Source of the DNA: an uncultured Solirubrobacterales bacterium
GTDB taxonomy: Bacteria > Actinomycetota > Thermoleophilia > Solirubrobacterales > Solirubrobacteraceae
Length of the DNA stretch: 38,324 bases
NCBI GenBank assembly: GCA_903959665.1
Contig: CAJBXY010000125.1
Coordinates: 1 to 38,324, forward strand
Direction of reading: 5' to 3'
The position numbers and the translations under genes were made by a program. Below, in pieces: positions 1-6,897 of this stretch (the first letter of the stretch is position 1; each line of letters opens with the position of its first letter). Under the pieces are notes generated by a model. That model saw only the letters and a list, made by a program, of their open reading frames with translations, was not told the DNA's origin and made no database searches.

Positions 1-178
1 GCGGAAATACGGGCCACGAGCAATCCTTTCTCCCCTATTTCATTAGGGAAAAGTCGGACGAGCTCAGTGGCGCACTCCTCCCCTGGCGCCAACTGCGAAC
101 GTTACAATTGTCTTATTCCTCACCCTGAGGTAGAGCCTCAAGTAAGGGAGTTATTTCACAGTTATGGAACCTTGTCAA
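1..178 (-). promoter_or_regulatory. Candidate promoter plus structured 5' leader of a gene that appears to start at position 17 and run off the left edge
   Basis: The region is visibly lower in GC than the rest of the window. TTGACA lies on the minus strand at 178-173 with an A/T-rich stretch 16-18 nt downstream. Hairpins: GGCGC/GCGCC at 69-90 with a 12-nt loop (GGGGAGGAG on minus), alternative CCTCA/TGAGG/CCTCA pairings at 118-142, and CCCTA/TAGGG at 33-48. A GGGGAGAAAGGA SD-like run (35-24) lies 6 nt before an in-frame GTG (17-15) reading MARIS... Confidence 0.25.
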
Positions 179-194
179 GGCGCGATCGCGAATT

Positions 195-210
195 ACCCGC
201 CAGAGCGGGC
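195..210 (-). terminator. Hairpin downstream of rlmB, a possible operon terminator
   Basis: GCCCGC-TCTG-GCGGGT on the minus strand, giving 5 GC pairs plus a G:U. It lies 25 nt after the rlmB stop. The T-run precedes rather than follows the stem, so it is not a canonical intrinsic terminator. Confidence 0.3.
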
Positions 211-234
211 AAAAACCCAGTAATTATGGGCGAT

Positions 235-930
235 TCAGGAGCGCTGCTGGAGGATGCCGTAGATCAGCGCGGAGGCCGCGGCACTGGCATTTAGCGAGTC
301 AAGCTGCCCGAGCATCGGCAGTTTTATGAGCGCATCGCAGCAACTTGAGACTCGTGGGCGCAACCCGCTCCCCTCCGACCCCAGCACCAGCACCACGCCA
401 CCGCGGTAGTCGGGAGTGAGGTAATCGGTGGCCTGGTCGCCGCTGTCGGCGCCATAACACCAAGCGCCAGCCTTCTTGGCGTCCTCGAGGAATTCGGAAA
501 GGTTGTTGACCTTGGCGATTGAGAGCCACTCAACTGCGCCAGCCGAGGCTTTACAGACGGCCGGCGTCACGTGCGCCGAGCGACGCTCGGTGATGATCAC
601 GCCGGTCGCGCCCGCGCACTCCGCTGTGCGGCAGATCGCGCCAAGGTTCTGCGGGTCCTGGACCTCGTCAAGGGCGATGATCAGCGGGTCGGGCTTAGCC
701 AGCAGCTCGGCGGCGCTGACGTAGTGGTAGCCCTCAATCCGCGCGCAAACGCCCTGGTTACCGGGGCTTTCGCAGATCTTGTCGATCTCAGCGGCGCTGA
801 CGCGCTTGATCTGGCTGGCTTTGTCAAGCCAGTCCTCGCGCGAAGCGCTGTCGGTAGCCCACAGCTCCTTGATCCGTCGCCGGTTGGCGCGCATCGCTTC
901 GTGAACCGCGTTGCGCCCATAGATGATCAC
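235..930 (-). CDS. rlmB: 23S rRNA (guanosine-2'-O)-methyltransferase, SpoU/TrmH family (RlmB-like)
   Basis: A 231-aa ORF with an N-terminal IYGRNAV substrate-binding region and C-terminal SpoU motifs (LDEVQDPQNLGAI, LVLGSEGSGL, IPMLGQLDSLNAS). The GTG start overlaps the cysS stop (GTGA). Confidence 0.85.
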   Translation of the reverse strand: MIIYGRNAVHEAMRANRRRIKELWATDSASREDWLDKASQIKRVSAAEIDKICESPGNQGVCARIEGYHYVSAAELLAKPDPLIIALDEVQDPQNLGAICRTAECAGATGVIITERRSAHVTPAVCKASAGAVEWLSIAKVNNLSEFLEDAKKAGAWCYGADSGDQATDYLTPDYRGGVVLVLGSEGSGLRPRVSSCCDALIKLPMLGQLDSLNASAAASALIYGILQQRS

Positions 931-2285
931 AGTGCCACGAGCTTCGCACCATCGTCGCCGTCGCGCACTTCCCAGCCGAGCGCGGCGAGCTGGTCACGCA
1001 GTAGGTCGGCCTGCTCCCAGTCTTTGGCGGCGCGGGCGGCCTCGCGCGCTGCAAGCAGCGAAAGCGCCGCAGCGTCGGGCTCAGCAGCGTTCGCGTCGGC
1101 CGTGAGCAGCGTCTCGAGGCCAAGCACGGTCAGCATCTGCACAAGGTCATCGTTACCGGCGCCGGGATTGGTGGCAGCGTCGGAGAGCCAGCCGTGGAGC
1201 GCAGCCAGCGCGCGCGGCGTGTTGAAGTCGTCGGCCAACGCGGCAAAGAACTGCTCGCGATGGGCGGCAAGCTCGGGCGGAGAGTGGCCGTCGCTGAGCT
1301 GCGCTGCGGCGGCGCGGATCCGCCGCGCGCTGGTTTGCGCCTGCTCCAAGCTCTGATCGGAGAAGAGCAGCGGCTGGCGGTAGTGGCCGGAGACGAAGAA
1401 GAGGACCAGCGCGTCGCGCCCCCAGCGCTCAAGCACCGTCGCCAAAGACTCGATGTTTCCGACGCTCTTGGCCATCTTTTCGCCATCTAGCTGAAGCATT
1501 CCGTTGTGCATCCAGATCTGAGCGAGCTCCTGCCCGCGCGCCATCCGCGTCTGCGCGGCCTCGTTCTCGTGGTGGGGGAAGACGAGGTCGTTGCCGCCGC
1601 CGTGAATGTCAAAACCGAGGCCGAGAATCTCCTCGGCCATCGCCGAGCACTCAATGTGCCAGCCAGGGCGTCCACGGCCCCAGGGCGCGTCCCATGCGGT
1701 GTCTTCGCCCGGCTTCTGTGCCTTCCAGAGCGCAAAGTCGAGCGGATCCTGCTTCAGCTTGGCTCCCTCTCCCCCTTCGCCTTGATCGAGCGCGTCAAGC
1801 GAGCGGTGCGAAAGCTCGCCATAGGCCTCGTCGGAGCGGACGCGGAAGTAGACGTCGCCTTCGACCGCGTAGGCCGCGTCACGCTCGATCAGCGCGCTGA
1901 TCAGGTCGATTATCGGGCCGATCGTTTCGGTCGCCAGCGGCTCCGAATCAGGGCGGCCGAGGCCGAGGCCGTCGGTATCGGCGATGTAGGCGGCCGCCAT
2001 CTCGCTTGCCAGCAGCGCGCTCGCCTGCGGCGGCTCGCTGGCGTTCGCTGCGTCATAGATCTTGTCGTTGACGTCGGTGATGTTGGCAACGAAGGTCACC
2101 TCGTAGCCCTCGTGGGCGAGAAAGCGCTTCAGCAGCGAGTAGACGACGAAAGGGCGTGCGTTGCCAACGTGGATCCGGCCGTAGACGGTCGGCCCGCAGG
2201 CGTAGATCGAAACTTTGCCGGGATCACGCGGCTCAAGCTGAACCAGCTCGCCGCGGCGCGTGTCGTAGATCTGGATTGGGCGCAC
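927..2285 (-). CDS. cysS: Cysteine--tRNA ligase
   Basis: A 452-aa ORF with a HIGH-type motif (HVGNARP), KMSKS-type motif (KMAKSVGN) and a conserved WHIECS zinc site. Confidence 0.95.
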   Translation of the reverse strand: MRPIQIYDTRRGELVQLEPRDPGKVSIYACGPTVYGRIHVGNARPFVVYSLLKRFLAHEGYEVTFVANITDVNDKIYDAANASEPPQASALLASEMAAAYIADTDGLGLGRPDSEPLATETIGPIIDLISALIERDAAYAVEGDVYFRVRSDEAYGELSHRSLDALDQGEGGEGAKLKQDPLDFALWKAQKPGEDTAWDAPWGRGRPGWHIECSAMAEEILGLGFDIHGGGNDLVFPHHENEAAQTRMARGQELAQIWMHNGMLQLDGEKMAKSVGNIESLATVLERWGRDALVLFFVSGHYRQPLLFSDQSLEQAQTSARRIRAAAAQLSDGHSPPELAAHREQFFAALADDFNTPRALAALHGWLSDAATNPGAGNDDLVQMLTVLGLETLLTADANAAEPDAAALSLLAAREAARAAKDWEQADLLRDQLAALGWEVRDGDDGAKLVAL

Positions 2286-2306
2286 AGCGGCAATCTACGC
2301 CAGCGG

Positions 2307-2789
2307 CTAGGAACTGCGCAGCGTCGCAACGGCAACTGCGCCGGCGCCCTCGCCGCGGCCGAAGGAGCCGATCTGCTCGGCGGTCGTCGCCTTGACGTTC
2401 ACGCGCGAGGCCTCAACGCCCAGAGCGCCGGCGATCTTCTCAACGATCTCCTCGCGGCGGGGGCCGATCTTCGGTTGCTCGATGATCACGGTCGCGTCTA
2501 CGTTGACGACCTCAAAGCCGGCGCCAACGAGCATTCCAGCGACCTTGCTGAGGAGATCGATCGAATCGGCGCCGCGCCAGCGCTCATCGCTGTCGGGGAA
2601 GTGGGCGCCGATGTCGCCGAGCGCGGCCGCGCCCAGCAGCGCGTCGATTACGGCGTGGGTTAGAACATCTGCGTCGGAGTGGCCGTCGAGGCCGACTTCG
2701 GACTCAAACTCGATGCCGCCGAGAATCAGCGGCCGGCCGGCGACGAGGCGGTGCGAGTCGACGCCGAGCCCGGTGCGCGTTTCAGACAC
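2307..2789 (-). CDS. ispF: 2-C-methyl-D-erythritol 2,4-cyclodiphosphate synthase
   Basis: A 160-aa ORF carrying GLGVDSHRL and SDADVLTHAVIDALLGA motifs. The GTG start overlaps the ispD 3' end by 8 nt. Confidence 0.95.
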   Translation of the reverse strand: MSETRTGLGVDSHRLVAGRPLILGGIEFESEVGLDGHSDADVLTHAVIDALLGAAALGDIGAHFPDSDERWRGADSIDLLSKVAGMLVGAGFEVVNVDATVIIEQPKIGPRREEIVEKIAGALGVEASRVNVKATTAEQIGSFGRGEGAGAVAVATLRSS

Positions 2790-3471
2790 CAGAAGCCTTC
2801 ACTTCAGCGGCCGCGCCAAGCAGCTGCTCGGCCAGCGCTAGGTCGGCGGCGGTCGTGACCTTGAAGTTCTCACTCTGGCAGCGCACGAGCCGCACGCGGC
2901 CACCGTCGGCCTCAACCAGCATCGCGTCGTCGCTGGCAGCAGCCAGCTCCGCTTCTGGCCGGCCGAGCGCTCGCTCCAGCGCCTCACGGCGGAATACCTG
3001 CGGCGTCTGAACCGCCCACAGCTCGGAGCGGGTTGGCGTATCGAGCACGCCGATCCCGTCGGCCGAGCGCTTGACGGTGTCCTTGACCGGGGCGGCGGCA
3101 ATGGCACCATCCCATCTGCCGTCCTGGTCGAGCGCGGCGATGCAGGCCTCGATCAGCGCCGCGCTAACGAGCGGGCGGGCTGCATCGTGGACTACGACCA
3201 CGTCGGCGCCTGGATCGGCCGCTGCGAGCGCGTTTAAGACCGACTGAGAGCGCGCAGCACCGCCGGGGACGCCGATCGTGCCCTGAGGCGCCTCAAAGCC
3301 CTCAGGGAGCGCGACGATGATCTCTCCTACCACTGAAACCTGCTGTAGCGCTTCGACGCTCCAATCGAGCATCGGCCGGCCGGCGAGCGGGACGAACGCC
3401 TTGGGCCCCCCGGACCCAAGCCGTTCGCCGCGCCCCGCAGCCACGACCAGCGCGACTGCCGTGGCCGACAT
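2782..3471 (-). CDS. ispD: 2-C-methyl-D-erythritol 4-phosphate cytidylyltransferase
   Basis: VVAAGRGERLG P-loop-like motif and VVVHDAARP. I chose the ATG at 3471 (MSATAVALVV), which lies 13 nt after the carD stop. The longer ORF to 3558 would overlap carD and encode an Arg/Ser-rich artefact. Confidence 0.9.
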   Translation of the reverse strand: MSATAVALVVAAGRGERLGSGGPKAFVPLAGRPMLDWSVEALQQVSVVGEIIVALPEGFEAPQGTIGVPGGAARSQSVLNALAAADPGADVVVVHDAARPLVSAALIEACIAALDQDGRWDGAIAAAPVKDTVKRSADGIGVLDTPTRSELWAVQTPQVFRREALERALGRPEAELAAASDDAMLVEADGGRVRLVRCQSENFKVTTAADLALAEQLLGAAAEVKASGV

Positions 3472-3484
3472 CGCAGCAGGCCGC

Positions 3485-4003
3485 TTAGGCCTTGACTCCA
3501 GCCGACTTCGCAAGCAAGCCGTCGAGGTGCTCTTCGGCCTGCTCCTCGTCCATTTCAAGCGCGTACATCAGCTCCGAGGAGAGAATCTTCTTGGCCCGCG
3601 TGTACATCTGCTTCTCACCGGTCGAGAGGCCCTTCTCGTGCTCGCGGATCGCGAGGTTGCGAACGACCTCTGTCAATTCGTAAATGTCGCCGGTCTTGAT
3701 CTTGTCGCGGTTGTGCTTAAAGCGGCGGTTCCAGTTCTTTGGCATCTCCGAGACGTCGTCCTGAATTACGGCCAGAACCTTCTTCACCGTCTTCGGATCA
3801 ATCACGCGGCGCAGCCCTGCGATCGCTGCGTTCTCCGACGGAACCATCACCGTCATGTCGTTGTGGAGGATCTTGATCGTCAGATAGACGCGCTTCTCGC
3901 CGAGCATGTTGCGCGATTCCTTCTTCAGCACCTTGCCGGCGCCGTGGTGCGGATAGACGACGTTGTCGCCGCACTCGAACTCGATGTGCTCCAGAACGGG
4001 CAT
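3485..4003 (-). CDS. carD: CarD/CdnL-family RNA-polymerase-binding transcription regulator
   Basis: A 172-aa ORF with an N-terminal Tudor-like GDNVVYPHHGAGKV segment and a helical C-terminal domain. It occupies the conserved position upstream of ispD/ispF. Confidence 0.9.
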   Translation of the reverse strand: MPVLEHIEFECGDNVVYPHHGAGKVLKKESRNMLGEKRVYLTIKILHNDMTVMVPSENAAIAGLRRVIDPKTVKKVLAVIQDDVSEMPKNWNRRFKHNRDKIKTGDIYELTEVVRNLAIREHEKGLSTGEKQMYTRAKKILSSELMYALEMDEEQAEEHLDGLLAKSAGVKA

Positions 4004-4069
4004 CTCGAGATCGTCAATTAGCTCTTCATTTGCTTGCGTGATGATGTTCCCCCCTTGCGTTAGCGGCTA

Positions 4070-4082
4070 GGGAATCATTCCC
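4070..4082. promoter_or_regulatory. Perfect palindrome GGGAAT-C-ATTCCC upstream of carD
   Basis: Read directly from the sequence. It has 6-bp arms and a 1-nt spacer, and lies 67-79 nt upstream of the carD ATG and 30 nt downstream of the disA stop. Confidence 0.25.
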
Positions 4083-4111
4083 AAGCCACGCTTTTCAACC
4101 GATTAGGTACT

Positions 4112-5224
4112 TCAGCTCTGCATGTAGCGATCAACGAGGTTGATCTCCTGCAAGCGGCGCAGGCCCTCACGGATCTCCTTCGCACGCATTTCGCCCACTC
4201 CCTCGATGCTCTCGAGCTGCGCATCGCTCACGGCGAGCAGCTCCTCAAGTCCACCTGTGGAGGCAACGATGTTGGCGACGACCAGCTTCGGCAGCCGCGG
4301 AATGAAACCGAGGATCCGGTAGCCGCGCGGCGATACCGGGTGGTCGATCGTGTTGACCTTGCGGTCGTAGCCAAGCAGTTCGGCGAGGCGGCCGAAGTCG
4401 AGCAGGTCCTGATGGTCGATCCGGCCAAGCTGTTCGAGCGCCTGAGCGAAGTTGTCATCGCCGTCGTCAACGAGGTAGTCGTGGACGAGAGCGGCCTTGT
4501 CGGCGGCGGTGCCGAAGAGTGTTTCCTCAAGCTGCATCTCGATCAGGCGGCCTTCGGCGCCTAGCTCAACGATGTAGCTCTCGATCTCCGCCGCCATCCG
4601 CGTCACCAGCTCCGAGCGCTGCAGAACGGTGAGGACGTCATGGAGCGTCGCGCCGCCCTCAAACTCCAGCGCCGTCAGCCGTGTTGAAACCTGGTCGAGT
4701 CGCAGGCGATACTTGTCGAGCGTCGCGAGCGCTTGATTGGCCTTAGCCAAAACGGTTGGGATGTCCTCAAGGATGTACTTCGCCCCGTCGACGTAAAGCG
4801 AGACGATCTCGCGGCGCTGCGAGATCGCGATTACGAGCGAATCGCTTTGCTTGCTCACGCGCTCAGCGGTGCGGTGGCGCGTGCCGGTCTCAAGCGAAAG
4901 GATCGTTGGATCCGGCAGTAGCTGAACGTTGGCTAGGGCGATCTTCGTCGCGTTGGCGTTGAGGATGATCGCCCCATCCATCTTTGCGACTTGGTAGAGA
5001 AATGCTGGCGAGTAATCAATGTCAAGGCGAATACCGCCGGAGAACATGAAGCTGATCTCCTCCGGGTCACCGACGACGATCAGCCCACCGGTGCGCGCAT
5101 GGACAACGTTGTCGATCCCTTCACGGAGCGCTGTTCCTGGCGCAACCATCTCCAACGCGCGCACCAGCGAAGTCTCTTGGCGCATAGCTGAATCTGCTGA
5201 ATCTCCACCCGATTGACGCGCCAT
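4112..5224 (-). CDS. disA: DNA integrity scanning protein DisA (diadenylate cyclase)
   Basis: A 370-aa ORF with a DAC domain (HARTGGLIVVGD, DGAIIL, GTRHRTAERVS), a helical linker and a C-terminal HhH (IEGVGEMRAKEIREGL). Confidence 0.9.
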   Translation of the reverse strand: MARQSGGDSADSAMRQETSLVRALEMVAPGTALREGIDNVVHARTGGLIVVGDPEEISFMFSGGIRLDIDYSPAFLYQVAKMDGAIILNANATKIALANVQLLPDPTILSLETGTRHRTAERVSKQSDSLVIAISQRREIVSLYVDGAKYILEDIPTVLAKANQALATLDKYRLRLDQVSTRLTALEFEGGATLHDVLTVLQRSELVTRMAAEIESYIVELGAEGRLIEMQLEETLFGTAADKAALVHDYLVDDGDDNFAQALEQLGRIDHQDLLDFGRLAELLGYDRKVNTIDHPVSPRGYRILGFIPRLPKLVVANIVASTGGLEELLAVSDAQLESIEGVGEMRAKEIREGLRRLQEINLVDRYMQS

Positions 5225-5260
5225 AAGGGCTCATTCTATCAGAGCCGCTGGCGATCGGGG

Positions 5261-6637
5261 CTATGCCGCGTTGCGTGCAGAGAGGCGCTCAGAGCCGATA
5301 TTTGCGAGCTTTAGAGCCTCCCGCAGGCTTCCCGCGCGCTGCGGCGTGATGACCTCTGTAAGGCCGAACTTTTCTGCCTCCTGCTCACGCCTCAGGTGGT
5401 GAGCGACCGAACGAAGCTCGCCCGTTAGCCCGATCTCGCCGAAGGCGCAGAGCGGCTTTGCGCCGGGCGCACTTAGCGCCGTGCCACTAGCCGCGCTGGC
5501 GATCGCCAGCGCGATTGCCAGATCGGCCCCAGGCTCATCGACGCGCACGCCGCCGACAACGTTGACGAAGACATCGGCGCTGCCGGTTGAGAGGCCGGCG
5601 TGGCGCGCGAGCACCGCGAGCACGAGCGCAAGACGGTTTCGATCAACTCCGCTGCAGAGCCGCCGCGGCGGAACCATCTCGCTCGGGCTGACGAGCGCCT
5701 GAACCTCGACGAGCAGTGGCCGCGAACCTTCCATCGCTGCCAGCACGACGCTGCCCGGCGCGCGCGTTGCCTCACTGACGAAGCGTTCGCTGGCGTCGAG
5801 CACCTCGACGAGGCCGCCGTCGCGCATCTCAAAGACGCCGACGTCGTTGGTCGCGCCGAAACGGTTCTTGATTGCGCGCAGCGTGCGGTAGGTGCGCTCG
5901 CGCTCGCCGTCGAACTGGAGCACGCAGTCGACGAGGTGCTCGAGCACGCGCGGCCCAGCGAGCGAGCCTTCCTTCGTTACGTGGCCGACGAGCAGGATCG
6001 CCGTGTCGGTCCGTTTGGCTACCTCGATCAGCCGTGACGCCACTTCGCGCACTTGGCCGACCGTCCCTGCCGCGCCGGAAAGATCGGCGCAGGCCAGCGT
6101 TTGAACGGAGTCGACAACACAGACATCGGGGCGCTCCGCTTCGATCACGGCGAGAACCGCGTCGAGGTCGGTTTCAGCGAGCACCGGCACGTCGAGCGCG
6201 CCGGGGGCAGCGCCGGCTTCGAGCCGCTCGGCGCGCAGCCGAATCTGCGCAGCCGACTCCTCGCCGGAGATGTAAAGCGTGCTGCGCCCAGACGCGGCGA
6301 TCAGGCCGAGCGCCATCGTGATCAAGGTCGATTTCCCGATCCCCGGCGCGCCTCCGAGCAGGACCATCGAGCCAGGCACAATGCCGCCGCCGAGCAGGCG
6401 GTCGAGTTCGGTGATTCCGGTCTTCAGCCGCGGCGTGCTGTCACTGGCGAGCTCGCGCAGCACGACAGGGCCGCCAGCGGCGCTGCGGGCGCCAACTGGG
6501 CGCTTGCCCGCTGCCCTAGTCGGCGCGCGCTCCTCGGCGAGCGTGTTCCACTCCTCACACTGCGGGCATTGGCCGTGCCACTTGGCCTCCTGGTGTGCGC
6601 AGGAGGAGCAGACAAAGACTGAAGCTGAACGGGCCAC
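5261..6637 (-). CDS. radA: DNA repair protein RadA/Sms
   Basis: A 458-aa ORF with an N-terminal Zn finger (CSSCAHQEAKWHGQCPQCEEWN), Walker A GAPGIGKST, a KNRFG motif and a Lon-like C-terminal domain. Confidence 0.95.
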   Translation of the reverse strand: MARSASVFVCSSCAHQEAKWHGQCPQCEEWNTLAEERAPTRAAGKRPVGARSAAGGPVVLRELASDSTPRLKTGITELDRLLGGGIVPGSMVLLGGAPGIGKSTLITMALGLIAASGRSTLYISGEESAAQIRLRAERLEAGAAPGALDVPVLAETDLDAVLAVIEAERPDVCVVDSVQTLACADLSGAAGTVGQVREVASRLIEVAKRTDTAILLVGHVTKEGSLAGPRVLEHLVDCVLQFDGERERTYRTLRAIKNRFGATNDVGVFEMRDGGLVEVLDASERFVSEATRAPGSVVLAAMEGSRPLLVEVQALVSPSEMVPPRRLCSGVDRNRLALVLAVLARHAGLSTGSADVFVNVVGGVRVDEPGADLAIALAIASAASGTALSAPGAKPLCAFGEIGLTGELRSVAHHLRREQEAEKFGLTEVITPQRAGSLREALKLANIGSERLSARNAA

Positions 6638-6681
6638 CTCGCGAGATTAGGCGCCGGAGGGGACGGCTTCGCCCCCTTCAG

Positions 6682-6897
6682 TCAGTCTTGCGGCGCGCGT
6701 TCGCAGGCCGTGAATTCAGCCGCGTTGTGGGCACCGTCGCAGAACGGCTTGTCCTCGGAGAGGCCACAGCGGCAGAGCGCGACGGGCCTGCCGGCAACGT
6801 CGTAGCGATTCCCGTCGGCATCTTCGAGCACAACCGGGCCGGTCACCTTGTATGGCCCGTCGTCACGAACCTTGATCACTACCGGCTCGTCACTCAT
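6682..6897 (-). CDS. CDGSH-type iron-sulfur domain protein
   Basis: A 71-aa ORF with a C-x-C-x(10)-CDGAH cluster-binding signature (LCRCGLSEDKPFCDGAH). Its ATG overlaps the clpC stop (ATGA). Confidence 0.8.
   Translation of the reverse strand: MSDEPVVIKVRDDGPYKVTGPVVLEDADGNRYDVAGRPVALCRCGLSEDKPFCDGAHNAAEFTACERAPQD

Noticed and set aside
45-90. RNA-gene look-alikes: GGGAAAAGTCGGACGAGCTC (RNase P P4-like), GAGCTCAGTGG (tRNA D-loop-like) and GCCACTG (cobalamin-riboswitch-like, minus strand).
   Set aside because: Each match is only a short fragment. The RNase P core GAGGAAAGUCCGGGC is not met. No cloverleaf (acceptor, anticodon or T arms) can be drawn. The remaining cobalamin core motifs are absent.
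67-294. A 75-aa plus-strand ORF in the low-GC region at the window start.
   Set aside because: It has no motif, runs into the rlmB 3' end on the opposite strand, and spans hairpins and a promoter-like box. A non-coding leader interpretation fits better.
1506-2663. Long antisense ORFs opposite well-supported genes. Examples are 1506-2663, 571-1356, 6996-8039, 20529-21383, 23072-23974, 31699-32448 and 34537-35529.
   Set aside because: Their translations are Arg/Ala/Gly/Pro-rich low-complexity strings opposite genes with clear family motifs. Stop-codon-poor antisense frames are expected in high-GC DNA, and none shows a recognisable domain.
2782-3558. The 258-aa version of IspD with a 29-residue N-terminal extension.
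   Set aside because: The extension overlaps the carD 3' end and is Arg/Ser/Thr-rich. The ATG at 3471 gives the canonical IspD N-terminus directly before the AAGRGERLG motif.
4004-4020. The absence of Shine-Dalgarno sequences before carD, greA (11701-11715) and ftsH (20387-20400), considered as a possible signal of unusual translation initiation.
   Set aside because: Weak or missing SDs and leaderless or coupled initiation are common in Actinomycetota. Other genes here (clpC, csp, the EVE gene, the phasin-like gene) have clear SDs, so this is probably ordinary lineage behaviour.
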